This document shows, piece after piece, positions 1-8,663 of a stretch of 31,935 nt of DNA. A model generated the notes under the pieces. That model was not told where the DNA came from. It saw nothing but the letters and a program-made list of their open reading frames with translations, and searched no databases. The position numbers and the translations under genes were made by a program. Source of the DNA: Nitrososphaerota archaeon (GTDB lineage Archaea; Thermoproteota; Nitrososphaeria; PSMU01); the NCBI GenBank assembly GCA_040290255.1, contig PSMU01000006.1, positions 27,699 to 59,633 of the forward strand, given 5' to 3'. Numbering within the stretch: position 1 is the first letter of the stretch; each line of letters starts with the position of its first letter.

Positions 1-75
1 CTGCAGCCGGTAAGGCAGGGGCGGGCGCGGCGAGGGGCCTAGCCAGGCGAAGGACTGGGGCGGCGCGGAGGGTCG

Positions 76-287
76 TTGGCGGCTGAAGCCCTGGAGCAGG
101 AGGGGCTTCCTGAAGCTGGGGCTGAGCGCGGGCCTGGGGCCTCGTCATCTACTTCCTGCTGAGCAGGCTTTGGTCGGCGCCTCCTCCTGAAGAGGGTGAG
201 CGGGCCAGGATGGAGTCCCTGGCCGAGAGGCTTATGATGCCGTGGTCGCTGCTTTCATCAGCTCACTTAGTTGCCGCGCAATTCTGA
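76..287 (+). pseudogene. Frameshifted remnant of a possible Tat-exported or membrane-anchored protein
   Basis: GGAGG at 67-71, TTG at 76. With two +1 shifts it reads MAAEAL/SRRGFLKLGLSAGLG/LVIYFLLSRLW..., i.e. an S-R-R-x-F-L-K motif plus hydrophobic stretch; TGA at 285-287. Confidence 0.35.
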
Positions 288-381
288 ACTTTATCAAACC
301 CTGGTACAAACTATGTTTTCAATAGGGCAAGAATACGGCTTAAAACTGCCTGAAAACCCAGATTCAAGCCAAGATACTATG

Positions 382-439
382 GTGCGCGGGGTGGGATTTG
401 AACCCACGAACCCCTGAGGGAGCAGGGCCTGAGCCTGCC
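382..439 (-). repeat. Direct repeat of the 3' 58 nt of tRNA-Leu(CAG) (att-like site)
   Basis: 382-439 matches 2751-2808 at 57/58 positions (387 c vs 2756 g); the 5' acceptor strand and D-arm are absent. Confidence 0.95.
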
Positions 440-636
440 ACCATTATAGGACTTTCAGCAGGCCAAATAAAGGTTGCTTTCTCCAGCCTGTCATAGAAGG
501 CCTCTTTGATTTCCATCGTCAACGACCTGACTTATGCGAATTCGATATATGTCCTTTGTGAACACACCGGATGAATTGGGGTTCGGCGCTTTCTGGTCAA
601 GCTTATATATACCTTTATCTTTTGATTTGACCAACG

Positions 637-819
637 TTGGCAGGCCACAAATTCAAGTGTAAGGACATAGGTATGAAATGCGACTTTGAAGTAAGACACG
701 CATCTTCAAGGGACGAAATTTGGCAGATAGTATCCATTCATGCAAAGATGGCGCATAACATGCAAAGTATTCCTCAGGATGTGGCAAATAAGGTGAGCGC
801 TGCGATAAAATCAGATTGA
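637..819 (+). CDS. DUF1059-family small metal-binding protein
   Basis: 60 aa with CKDIGMKCDF...HAKMAH (Cx-D-x-G-x2-C ... H-x4-H); TATA-like CTTATATATA at 602-611. Confidence 0.85.
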   Translation: MAGHKFKCKDIGMKCDFEVRHASSRDEIWQIVSIHAKMAHNMQSIPQDVANKVSAAIKSD

Positions 820-892
820 ATTTATTTCTTATATTTACGAGGCCGAGCATTAAGCAAAGCTCATATTAACTATCCTCCTTAAAGGGAAGGGT

Positions 893-2345
893 TTATGGAC
901 TATTAACACGCTGGGTAATGGAACAGGGATAAAGCAGAATTCTTGGCAATGATCGTTGGGATAATGGCTTTGCTCGGGCGCCCAGCGCTCTCATCGTCAA
1001 CTTGTCGGGGCTCTGCCTGAAGCCCCGATGAATGGAAGCCCCGACAAGATCGAATTCTCTCAGGAATTTGTTATCAAAGTCTAATCTTTCATCTCCTCTA
1101 ACTTCCACCTCTACACCCCTCAGTATTCTGAAGGATGATAGCTGCTCGTTCAGTTCTTCTATCTCCTTCCATTGTTTCCTGAACCTATCTTCGCTCAATC
1201 CGTTTGCTATTCTGGAAGAGACCGAATGGTCTGTCACCGCAATGTATGAGTAGCCTAAATTTTCTGCTGCCTCTGCCATCTCCCTCAGCCCAAGGGTGCC
1301 GTCGCTCCAGGTTGTGTGCATCTGGAGGCCTCCCTTGATCTGCTCCAGCTTTACAAGACTTGGAAGTTTCCCTTCTCTTGAGGCTTCTATCTCTCCCCTG
1401 TTCCCTCTGAGTTCTGGCTCTATTTATCTGAGCCCTAGCTGTTTATACGCTTCCTCCTCCGTCCTGCCGGCTATCCTCTTCCCAAGTTTATCAAAGAGGC
1501 CATATTCGTTCAGCTTCCAACCCTTATCTATGGCTATCTTTCTAAGCTCAATGTTATGTTCCTTGGAGCCTGTGAAATACAAGAGGGCAGAGCCTATCTG
1601 AGCTGCATCGAATACCTGAGGTCAACCTGCGCACCAGACCTCAGCCTTACAGTTGTCGTCTTCTCCCCACTCTCTATCACTTCTGCAGTCTCTTTGAATG
1701 CCATGAGTAGCTGGGAAGCATTGCCTGACGTGGATATCAGGTCGAGGTCTCCTATAGTTTCCTTCTTTCTCCTGAAGCTACCTGTAACCAATATATCCAC
1801 GCCCTCAGATTTGAAGTAATCCTTCAGAATGTCAGCGAGCGCTTCAGCCTCAGGCATCAGCACCTGTTTTCTACTATCCTAAATTTCTTCAATTCCGCAA
1901 GGAGCCTCTTGCTAGTCTCCTCTCCTAGAACTTCATTCAACCTCCCTGCCTCCAGCTCTTCTTCCAGGTGCTGAATACCCCTTATTCCTGCTTCCTTTGC
2001 GAGTTTGTATGCAGTCCTCGGGCCTATGCCAGGAACCTTCATCAGCTCAAGGGCTGCAGGGGGCACCCTTGCTTTCATCTTATCGAGGTACGTCGAATGG
2101 CCAGTCCTCAAGTATTCATCTATCTTTTTGGCTATCCCCTCGCCTATGTTAGGCAGGTCGAGAAGCTTCCCTTGCTTCCATACATCTTCTATATCCTGTT
2201 TCAAATTTCTTATGGTCGTGGCGGCCCTTCTGTATGCTATTGCCTTGAACCTCTCCTCTCCTGCCGCTTCACTGAGAATGCTCATCTGCAGGAGCAGGTC
2301 GGCAACCTCGTTATTCTTCAACTCTGACCAAAGATAGGTATGCAT
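893..2345 (-). pseudogene. polX: DNA polymerase X / PHP-domain protein, disrupted
   Basis: N-terminal FKAIAYRRAA and LPNIGEGIAKKI (HhH), GSFRRKKETIGDLD, ALLYFTGSKEHN, PHP motifs HTTWSDG and AVTDHS. Frameshifts near 1860 and 1617, in-frame TAA at 1424-1426, PHP domain cut short near 980. Confidence 0.92.
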
Positions 2346-2388
2346 AAATAAATCTGTATCTGATCTTCTGGATGCTGTTTAAATAGGC

Positions 2389-2615
2389 TCACCTCTCGGT
2401 TTTCTCTTTATCCATTGATGTGAGCTGAGGTGATAGTAGAAGATTAGTGGGCAGCGCAGCTACGGCGTTTATGTGGAACAGGCCATGCCTTACTGCTTCA
2501 GTTATATCTCCAACTATCAGCTCAGCACCATCAGAAGCCAGCCTGTTTGCTATTGCGTTACCTCTTCCACTCGCAGCTCCAGTCACGAGAGCCACTTTAC
2601 CTTTCAGGTTGACAG
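2389..2615 (-). pseudogene. Short-chain dehydrogenase/reductase (SDR) remnant with large internal deletion
   Basis: NLKGKVALVTGAASGRGNAIA (TGxxxGxG) joined almost directly to HINAVA (the late RVNAVAPG-like strand); catalytic YxxxK region missing. Confidence 0.8.
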
Positions 2616-2751
2616 AAGATACTTCTCCACCAGGCTTTAATATCTTTATAAGAAGAGCATGGTATAGGATTGCATCGTTCGGGTTGAAAAATATAGTTTA
2701 TCTTTGCGGTATACAAGGTAAGCTGGTCGATTTTAAATTTATGGAATTCAG

Positions 2752-2836
2752 TGCGGGGGGTGGGATTTGAACCCACGAACCCCTGAGGGAGCAGGGCCTG
2801 AGCCTGCCGCCGTTGACCTGGCTTGGCTACCCCCGC
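2752..2836 (-). tRNA. tRNA-Leu(CAG)
   Basis: GCGGGGG/CCCCCGC acceptor stem, GCAGG-CT CAG GC-CCTGC anticodon arm, long variable arm, GTTCAAATCC T-loop; 85 nt, CCA not encoded. Confidence 0.97.
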
Positions 2837-2877
2837 AGCGCCTTTGCCTGAGATAGAGGCTTATGAGCTTTATCGCG

Positions 2878-3108
2878 CTACCGCCTTACAAGGGATAAAA
2901 GGAGGGGCAGCAGCAGGAAGAGCAGCAGGGCCATCAGGCTCACCATGAAGAGCCTGTTCATCATGCTCAGGCGCCTCTGCGTTTTCCTGTCCTGCTCCAT
3001 GCATTCGTTCGAGCAGTAGAGCTTGTTGGGCGGTATCGAGATGCCGCAGACCTTACAGTGCTTGTGCGCCGGTATCTTTGCCGGCGGCCTCAGCTCCTTA
3101 GAGGACAT
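2878..3108 (-). CDS. DUF2116-family Zn-ribbon membrane protein
   Basis: HKHCKVCGISIPPNKLYCSNEC followed by a C-terminal TM helix. Confidence 0.88.
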   Translation of the reverse strand: MSSKELRPPAKIPAHKHCKVCGISIPPNKLYCSNECMEQDRKTQRRLSMMNRLFMVSLMALLLFLLLPLLLSLVRR

Positions 3109-3220
3109 GTGCCGGCAAGTCGCCTCCCGCAGCTATTTATGCCTGCTCTCCCTCCCGCAGCGCGGCCAAGGCAGCAAGCCAGCGCCGCAGGCTTTTGAGC
3201 GCCCAATGTGAAGCCGCGCC

Positions 3221-4552
3221 ATGCGCGCCGCGCCGCGGGGGCGCCTGAGGGCCCACATGGGCAGGATCCTGGCCCAGGGCCTGCGCAGCGTGCGTGCTGA
3301 GGAGCTCATGGCCAGGAGCCTAAGGCTTGAAGGGGGGAATCTGAGCGTTGGCGGCCACAGCTTCCCCGTGCGGGGAAGCATCTTCGTCCTAGCCTTCGGG
3401 AAGGCCGGCCTGGGCATGGCCAGGGCCGCGGAGCGGCTGCTGGGCGATGCCGTGGGGGGCGGCATCGCGATAACGCCCTGGGTTACGGGGCCCTCCCCCT
3501 CCAGGATAAGCGTGCGCGTGGGCACGCATCCAAGCCTTAGCGAGGAGAACGTGAGGGCGACGCGGGAGGCCATGAGGGCCGTGAGGCGACTGGGCGGGCA
3601 GGACATCCTGCTGGCGCTCATCTCCGGCGGGGGCAGCCCGCTCCTCTGCTGGCCTGCAAGGGGCATTAGCTGGAGGGAAAAGGACGTAACGGCGCAGCTG
3701 CTCCTGAGGGCAGGGGCCACCATAGAGGAGGTAAATGCGGTCCGGAAGCACCTTTCACGCGTAAAGGGGGGATGGCTGGCGAAGCTCGCGCAGCCCGCGA
3801 CCGTAATTTCGCTCATCATCTCCGATGTCGTGGGCGATGACCCCAGCGTGATAGCCTCGGGCCCCACGAGCCCCGATCCCACCACCTACGAGCAGGCGCT
3901 GCAGGCGATCAGGAGGAGAGGGGTGGAGAGGAGGGTGCCCACTCGCGTGCTGGAGCACCTAAGGCGCGGCGCGCAAGGGCAGGAGCCGGAGACGCCCAAG
4001 CCCGGGGACCCGATCTTTGCCCGCGTGCACAACTTCATCCTCGCCAACGGCCTAACGGCCCTGAGGGCCATGAAGAATGAAGCCCAGCGCCTGGGCTACC
4101 GAAGCCTCATCATAACATCACACCTGCGGGGCGAGGCCAGGGAGGTGGCCAAGGCCATAGCCTCCATCCTGATCTCCTGTCGTCTTCGGGGCGAGCCGCT
4201 TAGCGCGCCGGCATGCCTGCTCTTTGGGGGCGAGAGCACCGTGCGCGTGAGGGGGAAGGGGCGCGGGGGCAGGAATCAGGAGCTGGCCCTCTCGGCCGCG
4301 CTGGAGCTTTCGGGCGTGCATGGCGTGCTGCTAGCTGCCCTGGCCAGCGACGGCGTCGACGGCACCTCCGATGCGGCGGGCGCGCTGGTCGATGGCCACA
4401 GCGTCCGGAGGGCCCTCTCGCTGGGCCTCAGGCCCGAGGCCTTCCTAAGAAGGAATGATAGCCACGGCCTCTTCTCCAGGCTGGGGGACCAGCTACGCAC
4501 GGGCCCCACGGGCACAAACGTGGGCGACCTAATCGTGGGCTTGGTGGCGTAG
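3221..4552 (+). CDS. Glycerate 2-kinase (MOFRL/TtuD family)
   Basis: FGKAG, LISGGGS, VRKHLSRVKGG, SDVVGDD-x4-ASGPT, GGRNQE, SDGVDG, TGPTGTNVGDL motifs. Confidence 0.95.
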   Translation: MRAAPRGRLRAHMGRILAQGLRSVRAEELMARSLRLEGGNLSVGGHSFPVRGSIFVLAFGKAGLGMARAAERLLGDAVGGGIAITPWVTGPSPSRISVRVGTHPSLSEENVRATREAMRAVRRLGGQDILLALISGGGSPLLCWPARGISWREKDVTAQLLLRAGATIEEVNAVRKHLSRVKGGWLAKLAQPATVISLIISDVVGDDPSVIASGPTSPDPTTYEQALQAIRRRGVERRVPTRVLEHLRRGAQGQEPETPKPGDPIFARVHNFILANGLTALRAMKNEAQRLGYRSLIITSHLRGEAREVAKAIASILISCRLRGEPLSAPACLLFGGESTVRVRGKGRGGRNQELALSAALELSGVHGVLLAALASDGVDGTSDAAGALVDGHSVRRALSLGLRPEAFLRRNDSHGLFSRLGDQLRTGPTGTNVGDLIVGLVA

Positions 4553-4600
4553 TGCCGGCGCCATGAGCGCCCCGCTGCCCCTCCTACGCGGAGGGCGCTA

Positions 4601-4649
4601 ATTCTCAGGCCTTGTAACCAAGTATGAGAATCGGCGAAGGGCATTAAAG
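4601..4649 (+). promoter_or_regulatory. Inverted repeat (putative operator) just upstream of a BRE/TATA-like element
   Basis: ATTCTCA-N17-TGAGAAT at 4601-4631 with an inner CTTG-N4-CAAG; CATTAAAG at 4642-4649, about 25-32 nt before ATG 4674. Confidence 0.5.
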
Positions 4650-4673
4650 CCCGCCTGGGGAGGATGGGGCGCC

Positions 4674-5216
4674 ATGGCCGAGGCAGGAAGGTGGGAGACA
4701 AGGTGGGTCTTGGCGGCCATCGTGCAGGGAGCGCTCGCCGCGCTGCTCGTCTTCTACGTGGTCGTCAGCCACTTCGGCCTGCTTAAGCCGGAAGTCTCCA
4801 GGGTCATAGCGGCCGGCGGCGCCGGAACCTGGCTCTCCTTCGGCTTCCTGGCCTATCTGATCGTAGGCGTCGTCGGCAGCGCCGTGACGGCGCTCTTCTA
4901 CCATCATATAGAGGGCGTAAGGCAGGTCCCCATCACGGGCATCAGGGCCTTCTTCGCCTGGGTGCACCTGATCTTCGGCAACGCGGGCTCCTTCGCGGCT
5001 ACATGGATGATGATGTACGGAGGCTACCTGGGCGGCGCCGCGCTGCTGCCCCCTCAGGTGGGGGGCTGGGGCTGGACCCCGCTCCAGGTACATGAACGGA
5101 TCTTGGGCCCCCTTGTGACGCCCATCGCGCTCGCCATCCTAGTTCTTCTGGCCGGCTTCCTCTCCGGAGGACTGGCCTATGTGCTCTCGCTTAGGGAGGC
5201 CTCAAAGCGCAAGTAA
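4674..5216 (+). CDS. Four-TM membrane protein resembling C-terminal helices of heme-copper oxidase subunit I
   Basis: 180 aa, four hydrophobic segments, ALFYHHIE...AWVHLIFGNAG...MMYGGYLGG pattern; GC3-rich codon usage. Confidence 0.7.
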   Translation: MAEAGRWETRWVLAAIVQGALAALLVFYVVVSHFGLLKPEVSRVIAAGGAGTWLSFGFLAYLIVGVVGSAVTALFYHHIEGVRQVPITGIRAFFAWVHLIFGNAGSFAATWMMMYGGYLGGAALLPPQVGGWGWTPLQVHERILGPLVTPIALAILVLLAGFLSGGLAYVLSLREASKRK

Positions 5217-5575
5217 TTTTTTTCGCGCATATATGAAATGAGCCTATAGAGCTTATCGGCCATGTCCTCGTTGGGCACCAGGCGCAGCTCCACGCCGGCT
5301 TCGGTGAGCCTCACCTCCACCACCCTGGCCGTGCTCCTGTACAGCTCCACCTTCTTCCCGTCCTGCGTGAAGGCGAAGCGTTGGGGCGCCAGCAGGCCCA
5401 CCTCCTGCAGCTCCGCGATCTTCCTGTAGGTTGAGCTCAGCGGCAGGCCCGTCTCCCTGCTGATCTCGGCCGCGCTCTTGGGCCTCAGCATGGCGGCGAG
5501 GAGGATGCTGCGGGCCTGCTCATCCCCTATCTGCTCCAGGATCCGCGCCTGGAGGGCCCTATCCCTGATGATCAA
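5177..5575 (-). CDS. Winged helix-turn-helix (ArsR-like) transcriptional regulator
   Basis: ARSILLAAMLRPKSAAEISRETGLPLSSTYRKIAELQEVGLL ... DGKKVELYRS. Confidence 0.9.
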   Translation of the reverse strand: MIIRDRALQARILEQIGDEQARSILLAAMLRPKSAAEISRETGLPLSSTYRKIAELQEVGLLAPQRFAFTQDGKKVELYRSTARVVEVRLTEAGVELRLVPNEDMADKLYRLISYMREKNYLRFEASLSEST

Positions 5576-5577
5576 GG

Positions 5578-5868
5578 TTAACTGAGCCTGCTGTAGAGCG
5601 AGAAGAGGATGATGCAGAAGCCGGCCAGCTCCGCGGACGAGGCGAGCAGCCTCGCCTGCAGGAGCGCCTCGAAGTCGCGCGGCGAGAGGAACTCGAAGTA
5701 GATGCCGGCCATGAAGGAGCCCACCGCTATGGTGAGGAAGGCGAGCGAGATGAGGATGAGGGCCAGGCTGTTGTTCCTCTTGCCGCCCCGGTATGCTACG
5801 AGCGAGACCGCGCCGCCCGTGAGCAGCGTGAGCGCCTCCACGGCCCGAAGCACGAGCAGCAGGTCCAC
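5578..5868 (-). CDS. Small three-TM membrane protein co-transcribed with the wHTH regulator
   Basis: 96 aa, three TM helices, AYRGGKRNNS loop; stop 2 nt before the regulator start; CTTATAAG TATA near 5890-5897. Confidence 0.8.
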   Translation of the reverse strand: MDLLLVLRAVEALTLLTGGAVSLVAYRGGKRNNSLALILISLAFLTIAVGSFMAGIYFEFLSPRDFEALLQARLLASSAELAGFCIILFSLYSRLS

Positions 5869-6107
5869 GCGCTCGCGGCCCCGGCCTGCCTTATAAGCTG
5901 AACAGGGCCCCCGGCGTGAGCCTTTCTTATTGGTGGGATGGCGTGCGGTACCTGCACATCAGCGTGGTCAATGAGAGCGTTGTTGGGACCTCTATTAGCT
6001 TTACCGGTTGCGCGTATTTCAATTGAGAAGGGCGAGAATTTTTTAGAGCGGCAGCGGTAAGAAGCCCGCTTGAGGCTGCTCCGCTTCGCGCTAAAGGCTC
6101 CTAGGAG

Positions 6108-6765
6108 TTGAGCCAGCCGTTAATCTGTAAGCGCCTGGGAAAGTCACCCGGGCCATACGCCATTTTCAAGAATGTCAGCCTTACGTTAAGGCCAGGCCAG
6201 ATGGCCTGCATAACAGGGCCGGTCGGAGTGCGCAAGAGCGCCCAGCTCAGGATGGTTTCCACGATGATGCTCCAACGGAGGGAAGGGTCCTGATCGGTGC
6301 AAGGACCCCTTTAGGCTTTCGAAACGCTGCTCGCGGAGCTCCGGAGGGACTTTTTATCGATCTCATTTCAAGGACCGCCGCTGTTGCCCGAGCTGTCCGT
6401 GCTCGATGATGTCCTGGCCCCCGGGCTGCCCTTCGTGGGCCGAGGGCGGGAAATGCAGCTAAGGCTAAGCCAATGCGACTGCTGAGGTGGCCCGGGTTAG
6501 AGGGGAGGGCCACCTACAAGCCCCATAAGCCGAGCGCGGGGCAGAAGAAGCTGACAGAGCTGTGCAGGGCGCTGGTTAAGGGCGGGCGCCTCCTAATCCT
6601 GGATGAGCCCACCGTCCAGATAAACGAAGAGCTTGCCCAGCGTGTGAGAGAGGTAATTGAAGGCAAAGCGGCGAGGGCAAAATGCTCCTAGCGGCCACCA
6701 ACATGGGCAGGAAGCGCATCTCGATGGCCGATGTAGTCCTGGACCTGGGCAACCACAAGGCCTGA
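6108..6765 (+). pseudogene. ABC transporter ATP-binding protein, decayed
   Basis: Fragments in different frames: IFKNVSLTLRPGQMACITGPVGVRKS (eroded Walker A), PSAGQKK (signature), LLILDEPT (Walker B), ADVVLDL. Confidence 0.85.
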
Positions 6766-6824
6766 ACCGGGCCAAGCACCGACCAACCTCAAGAGATGGT
6801 GCAGGACGCCTTAACAGCGACCAT

Positions 6825-7247
6825 CTAGGCTTCAGCTTGCAGCAGCCTTCGGACGACCTGCAGCACATAAGACGCATCGTGCAGGGCGCCTTGGGCATCC
6901 ACTTGGCTGAAGAGGTCGCTGGGCGCCTTCCCCGCGAGTTCCAGCCCATATAGGCTGGCCGCCCTCTTGGCGGCCAGGTCGGAGGATATCCCCCGTATTC
7001 TCTCGATCTCCTCCCTGAACCACTCAGGAAAACGCTCGGCGACATCCTCCAGAATCCCGCCTACATCGTGCTCCTTAGGATATTCTACCCCATGGGCCCT
7101 CAGGGCCGCCTTCAGGGCTAGCTCCACGCACTCCTGGCTGAACCTCACCACATCGGGATAGTCCCCTGTGGATAGGGCGTGGCCCGCGCTGCGGAGCCTC
7201 ACCTCGGCCCTCCTCAGGTAGTCGAGGGCGAGTTGCCTCATCTTCAA
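6825..7247 (-). CDS. HEPN domain protein
   Basis: SQECVELALKAALRAHGVEYPKEHDV, KRAASLYG; directly downstream of an MNT gene. Confidence 0.92.
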   Translation of the reverse strand: MKMRQLALDYLRRAEVRLRSAGHALSTGDYPDVVRFSQECVELALKAALRAHGVEYPKEHDVGGILEDVAERFPEWFREEIERIRGISSDLAAKRAASLYGLELAGKAPSDLFSQVDAQGALHDASYVLQVVRRLLQAEA

Positions 7248-7248
7248 C

Positions 7249-7986
7249 TCAGGGGACCGCCTCCTGGCGCTGTGGCAGCATCCAGTAGTAACCGCCGCCC
7301 GGCAGCAGGACCTTCCTCGCCCCTATCCCCTCGAGCTGCCTCCTCAGCTCGGCCAGTTTTCGCCTCATGAAGCCCTCCCTATCCAGGAGAAAGAGCACGT
7401 GTTCGGTCATGTCGAGGTAGAAGGGGTGCGTCGTGAGGGCTTCATCGGGCCTGAGGGGTATGATGTCGATGACGGGATAGAGCCGCGCTTCCCTCCAGAG
7501 GAGTCTCTGCCACTCCCTGATGGGGCCGCTGTCCAGAATGGAGTTGAGCAGCCTCGTCCTTCTAGCGTACCGCTGGGGGAGGCCCTCCGCCACCAGCAGC
7601 AGGTCGATGTCGCTCTCCTCCCGGGCCTGGTTTCGGGCCAAGGAACCGAAGAGCAGCAGGCTCCAAAGCCGCGGGCCGAACTCCTCCAGCAGCCTCGCCA
7701 GGGCCAGCTCGATGATGGGAAGCCTCATTCGGTCTATCGCCTGGGCCCTCCACCCCTCCCCTGGGCCCTGCAGCGCCGCCACCAGCGGATGCACGAGCCT
7801 ATAGCGGCCCTTGCCAAACCCATCAGCCCAGCCCCTCTCCCTCAATCTGTGAAGAATGACCGAGGTGGGCGCGCCAGCGCCCAGGGCCTCCCTCGCCTCC
7901 TTTGACGTGAAAGGAAGGAACGAGAATCGCGTCATTAGGGCGGAGTAGCTGCTCATCAGCGAGCTTGGGAGACCTTTCATTACCAA
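7249..7986 (-). CDS. Minimal nucleotidyltransferase (MNT) with N-terminal wHTH-like domain
   Basis: LFGSLARNQAREESDIDLLL (GSX10DXD); N-terminal PFTSKEAREAL...ILHRLRERGW...GRYRL; likely start ATG 7980. Confidence 0.9.
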   Translation of the reverse strand: MVMKGLPSSLMSSYSALMTRFSFLPFTSKEAREALGAGAPTSVILHRLRERGWADGFGKGRYRLVHPLVAALQGPGEGWRAQAIDRMRLPIIELALARLLEEFGPRLWSLLLFGSLARNQAREESDIDLLLVAEGLPQRYARRTRLLNSILDSGPIREWQRLLWREARLYPVIDIIPLRPDEALTTHPFYLDMTEHVLFLLDREGFMRRKLAELRRQLEGIGARKVLLPGGGYYWMLPQRQEAVP

Positions 7987-8173
7987 CTTTGTTATGGTTA
8001 CTAGCTTATAAATGATGCTTGGATGTGAGCTTTGCCTAGACCCCTCGCGGCCGCGCCTCCCCGGAACATGTGGCCGTGCCGCATCCTTAAGGCGTGGGCC
8101 CCCCGCGCCAAGCTCGCCAGGAGCGCCCTCATGCCTGCTGCCACTCCCATCCTAGATGCGGGCTGCGGCTGGG

Positions 8174-8590
8174 CTAGGCGGGGGCTGCCTGCGAGGGCGC
8201 TGGGCCGCTGGGAGGCCGCCAGGTGAGCGCCAGGATGCCGGCCACGAGGCCCAGCACGGCGCCCACGAGGAAGCCGCCTCCCGCGAAGAGGCTCAGTACC
8301 GAGAAGACGAGCACCACGAGCCCCCAGGCCAAACTCTGCTCGGGCCTGCTGTACAGCATGATGGCGCCGATCAGGATGAGCGCGCCCGATATCAGGCCCA
8401 GCATCGGGGGAAACCATGTCACCCACATCATCGCCCCCCTTCCGCACATGGGGCAGACGGCTGGTGCATACGCAACCCAGGTGGCCGCGAACCACGTCAT
8501 CACGAGGCTGCCCGCCAGCACGAGAAGCCCGGAAGCAAGCGCCAGGGCAAAGGCCGCGGAGGGCTTCTCCTCCCTGCTCACAAATAGCAT
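8174..8590 (-). CDS. Membrane protein (DUF6114-like) with CPMC/Met-rich loop
   Basis: Four hydrophobic helices, GGGFLVGAVLGLVAGILAL C-terminal pattern. Confidence 0.75.
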   Translation of the reverse strand: MLFVSREEKPSAAFALALASGLLVLAGSLVMTWFAATWVAYAPAVCPMCGRGAMMWVTWFPPMLGLISGALILIGAIMLYSRPEQSLAWGLVVLVFSVLSLFAGGGFLVGAVLGLVAGILALTWRPPSGPAPSQAAPA

Positions 8591-8663
8591 CGCCTGGGAG
8601 CTCTAATAAGGGTTATGGGCCCAGCCGCTCAGGCGGGGGCAGAGAAAGCGCTAATTTAGGGCG

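Larger units (their letters stand above)
382..2808. mobile_element. Degenerate tRNA-Leu-integrated island remnant (about 2.4 kb, no integrase visible)
   Basis: Bounded by the 58-bp tRNA 3' direct repeats; visibly more AT-rich than the flanks; cargo mostly broken genes. Confidence 0.8.

Noticed and set aside
382-439. tRNA fragment as half of a split tRNA
   Set aside because: An intact copy lies 2.4 kb away in direct orientation, and no complementary GC-rich leader or BHB junction is evident; att site is the simpler reading.
8149-8169. ILDAGCG methyltransferase-like motif in ORF 8032-8226
   Set aside because: Only seven residues with no supporting downstream motifs; cannot be distinguished from chance.
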